Positions 22,943 through 24,000 of a stretch of 24,000 bases of DNA are shown one piece after another (positions within the stretch are counted from its first letter, which is position 1; every line of letters begins with the position of its first letter). The stretch comes from Coleofasciculaceae cyanobacterium. GTDB lineage: Bacteria > Cyanobacteriota > Cyanobacteriia > Cyanobacteriales > Coleofasciculaceae. The translations under genes were made by a program, and so were the position numbers. A model generated the notes under the pieces. That model saw only the letters and a program-made list of their open reading frames with translations, was not told the DNA's origin and did not search any database. The stretch lies in the NCBI GenBank assembly GCA_049683475.1, contig JBAUJE010000237.1, positions 11,548 through 35,547 on the forward strand, written 5' to 3'.

Positions 22943-23242
22943 TTGTCGAAGTTTATTTTAAAAGTTCTCTGGCTTGAGGAGAATGTCGCATTAGCAGTCG
23001 ATCAAGTCGTGGGCAAAGGAACTAGCCCCTTGACCTGTTATTTCTTCTGGCCAAGGAACGATGCATGGCAACAGCTCAAGGATGAGTTGGAAGCCAAGCA
23101 TTGGATTGCAGAAATGGAGCGAGTCGAGTTGCTCAACAAAGCTACGGAAGTGATTAATTACTGGCAAGAGGAGGGACGGAAACGCCCCATGACCGAAGCC
23201 CAGACAAAGTTTCCAGAAGTTGCCTTTACTGGCAGTTCTTAG
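22943..23242 (+). CDS. ycf65: 30S ribosomal protein PSRP-3 / Ycf65
   Basis: The 99-aa ORF starts [46 protein letters not shown], which I recognise as the conserved PSRP-3 N-terminus. The TTG start at 22943 is supported by GGAGG at 22933-22937 with a 5-nt spacer. Confidence 0.85.
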   Translation: MSKFILKVLWLEENVALAVDQVVGKGTSPLTCYFFWPRNDAWQQLKDELEAKHWIAEMERVELLNKATEVINYWQEEGRKRPMTEAQTKFPEVAFTGSS

Positions 23243-23298
23243 TTGCTATCGGCAGCTATACTTCATACCTACCATCCTTGGCAGGCTCAGAAATTAGG

Positions 23299-23343
23299 AA
23301 AAAGGCAAAAGGCAGTAATTGTTTCTGCTCTCTTGCCTTTTTT
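23299..23343. terminator. Bidirectional rho-independent terminator between convergent ycf65 and atpC
   Basis: AAAAAGGCAA (23299-23308) pairs with TTGCCTTTTT (23333-23342). An inner GCAG/CTGC pairing is present. A/T runs on both sides give a U-tract for either strand. Confidence 0.75.
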
Positions 23344-23348
23344 GTGTA

Positions 23349-23759
23349 TTAAACCATGCCGCCAGCAGCTTGAAAGCGAGCGCGTGCTCTTTTTAAAGCT
23401 TGAGTAGCTTGGATTTTTTCTTGGCGATTTTCACTGCTTTCAACTTGATTGAAACGCTCTTGAGCTTGGTTGAAAGCTTCTCTTGCTTGCTCTTTATCAA
23501 TTGTGTCACCTCGCTCAGCCGCGTTGACGAGAATTGTCACTTCATTGTTTTCAATCTCGGCAAATCCACCCATCAGAGCAATTGGCTGCCATTCTTTACC
23601 AGGACGGACTCGCATCACACCAATGTCAAGCGCTGTCAGGAGAGGAGCGTGTTCGCTAAGTATACCAAGCTGACCAGTTGTACTTGGCAGGATTACCTCT
23701 TCAGCCTCTGAATCCCAGACAGTTTTGTCGGGAGAAATTACACGAACAGTTAAAGCCAT
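23349..23759 (-). CDS. atpC: ATP synthase F1 epsilon subunit
   Basis: The 136-aa ORF starts [44 protein letters not shown], a typical epsilon subunit sequence. It lies directly downstream of the beta subunit gene. Confidence 0.93.
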   Translation of the reverse strand: MALTVRVISPDKTVWDSEAEEVILPSTTGQLGILSEHAPLLTALDIGVMRVRPGKEWQPIALMGGFAEIENNEVTILVNAAERGDTIDKEQAREAFNQAQERFNQVESSENRQEKIQATQALKRARARFQAAGGMV

Positions 23760-23790
23760 CAGTTAATTGTTAGTTGTTATTTGTTCGCAA

Positions 23791-23818
23791 GGTGGGGTGG
23801 TTGATAGTCCACCCCACC
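23791..23818 (-). other. GC-rich intercistronic hairpin between atpD and atpC
   Basis: Perfect 10-bp inverted repeat GGTGGGGTGG (23791-23800) / CCACCCCACC (23809-23818) with an 8-nt loop. No U-tract follows on the minus strand. Confidence 0.7.
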
Positions 23819-23826
23819 AAATAGAA

Positions 23827-24000
23827 TTACTTGCTGCCTGACTTGATTTTCTCAGCTTTGGCGATCGCTTTATCAATATCGCCTACTAGGTAGAAAGCTT
23901 GTTCTGGCAAGTCATCCAATTCTCCATTGAGAATCATTTGGAATCCCTTAATAGTTTGCTCCAAGGAAACATACTCACCAGGAGAACCAGTAAAGACTTC
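23827..24000 (-). CDS. atpD: ATP synthase F1 beta subunit, C-terminal 57 codons (partial, continues beyond the window)
   Basis: The hand-translated minus strand gives [57 protein letters not shown] then a stop (TAA, 23827-23829). This matches the conserved beta-subunit C-terminus. It is not in the ORF track because it is truncated by the window edge. Confidence 0.9.
   Translation of the reverse strand, partial: EVFTGSPGEYVSLEQTIKGFQMILNGELDDLPEQAFYLVGDIDKAIAKAEKIKSGSK

Overview
This is a cyanobacterial chromosomal window. The evidence is at least 9 copies of the HIP1 octamer GCGATCGC, a PSRP-3/Ycf65 gene, an atpD-atpC (beta-epsilon) pair and a DUF4278 gene. No rRNA, tRNA or CRISPR array was found. 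The housekeeping genes are a TPR protein 3' end, an Slt70-like lytic transglycosylase, leucyl aminopeptidase PepA, a LOG/PpnN-like protein, thioredoxin TrxA, a CBS-less GuaB3-type IMPDH-related protein, a YqiJ/NfeD-like plus flotillin pair, a HAD hydrolase, PSRP-3, and ATP synthase epsilon and beta (partial). Two accessory blocks stand out. (1) At 6195-14216 there is a tight co-directional five-gene glycan locus. It encodes a fusion of a glycoside-hydrolase-like TIM barrel, a GT2 domain and a multi-TM module. It also encodes an MsbA-type fused ABC exporter (4-bp start/stop overlap with the fusion gene), a short GT4-like protein and two tandem CgeB-like GT-B paralogs. A diverged 60-bp duplicate of the first gene's own RBS and first 15 codons lies upstream and forms a 26-codon uORF. 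This locus does not match the Wzx/Wzy, Wzm/Wzt or classical synthase pathways and is my best candidate for an undescribed system. (2) At about 21060-22930 there is an apparently intact IS200/IS605 element with divergent tnpA (Y1 HUH) and tnpB (RuvC plus zinc finger). A bulged subterminal hairpin overlaps the tnpB stop codon, so an omega RNA is predicted. The element sits in the divergent promoter region between the HAD hydrolase and PSRP-3 genes. Several intergenic stem-loops and short repeats are also listed. All product calls come from motif recognition by eye. No database search was run.
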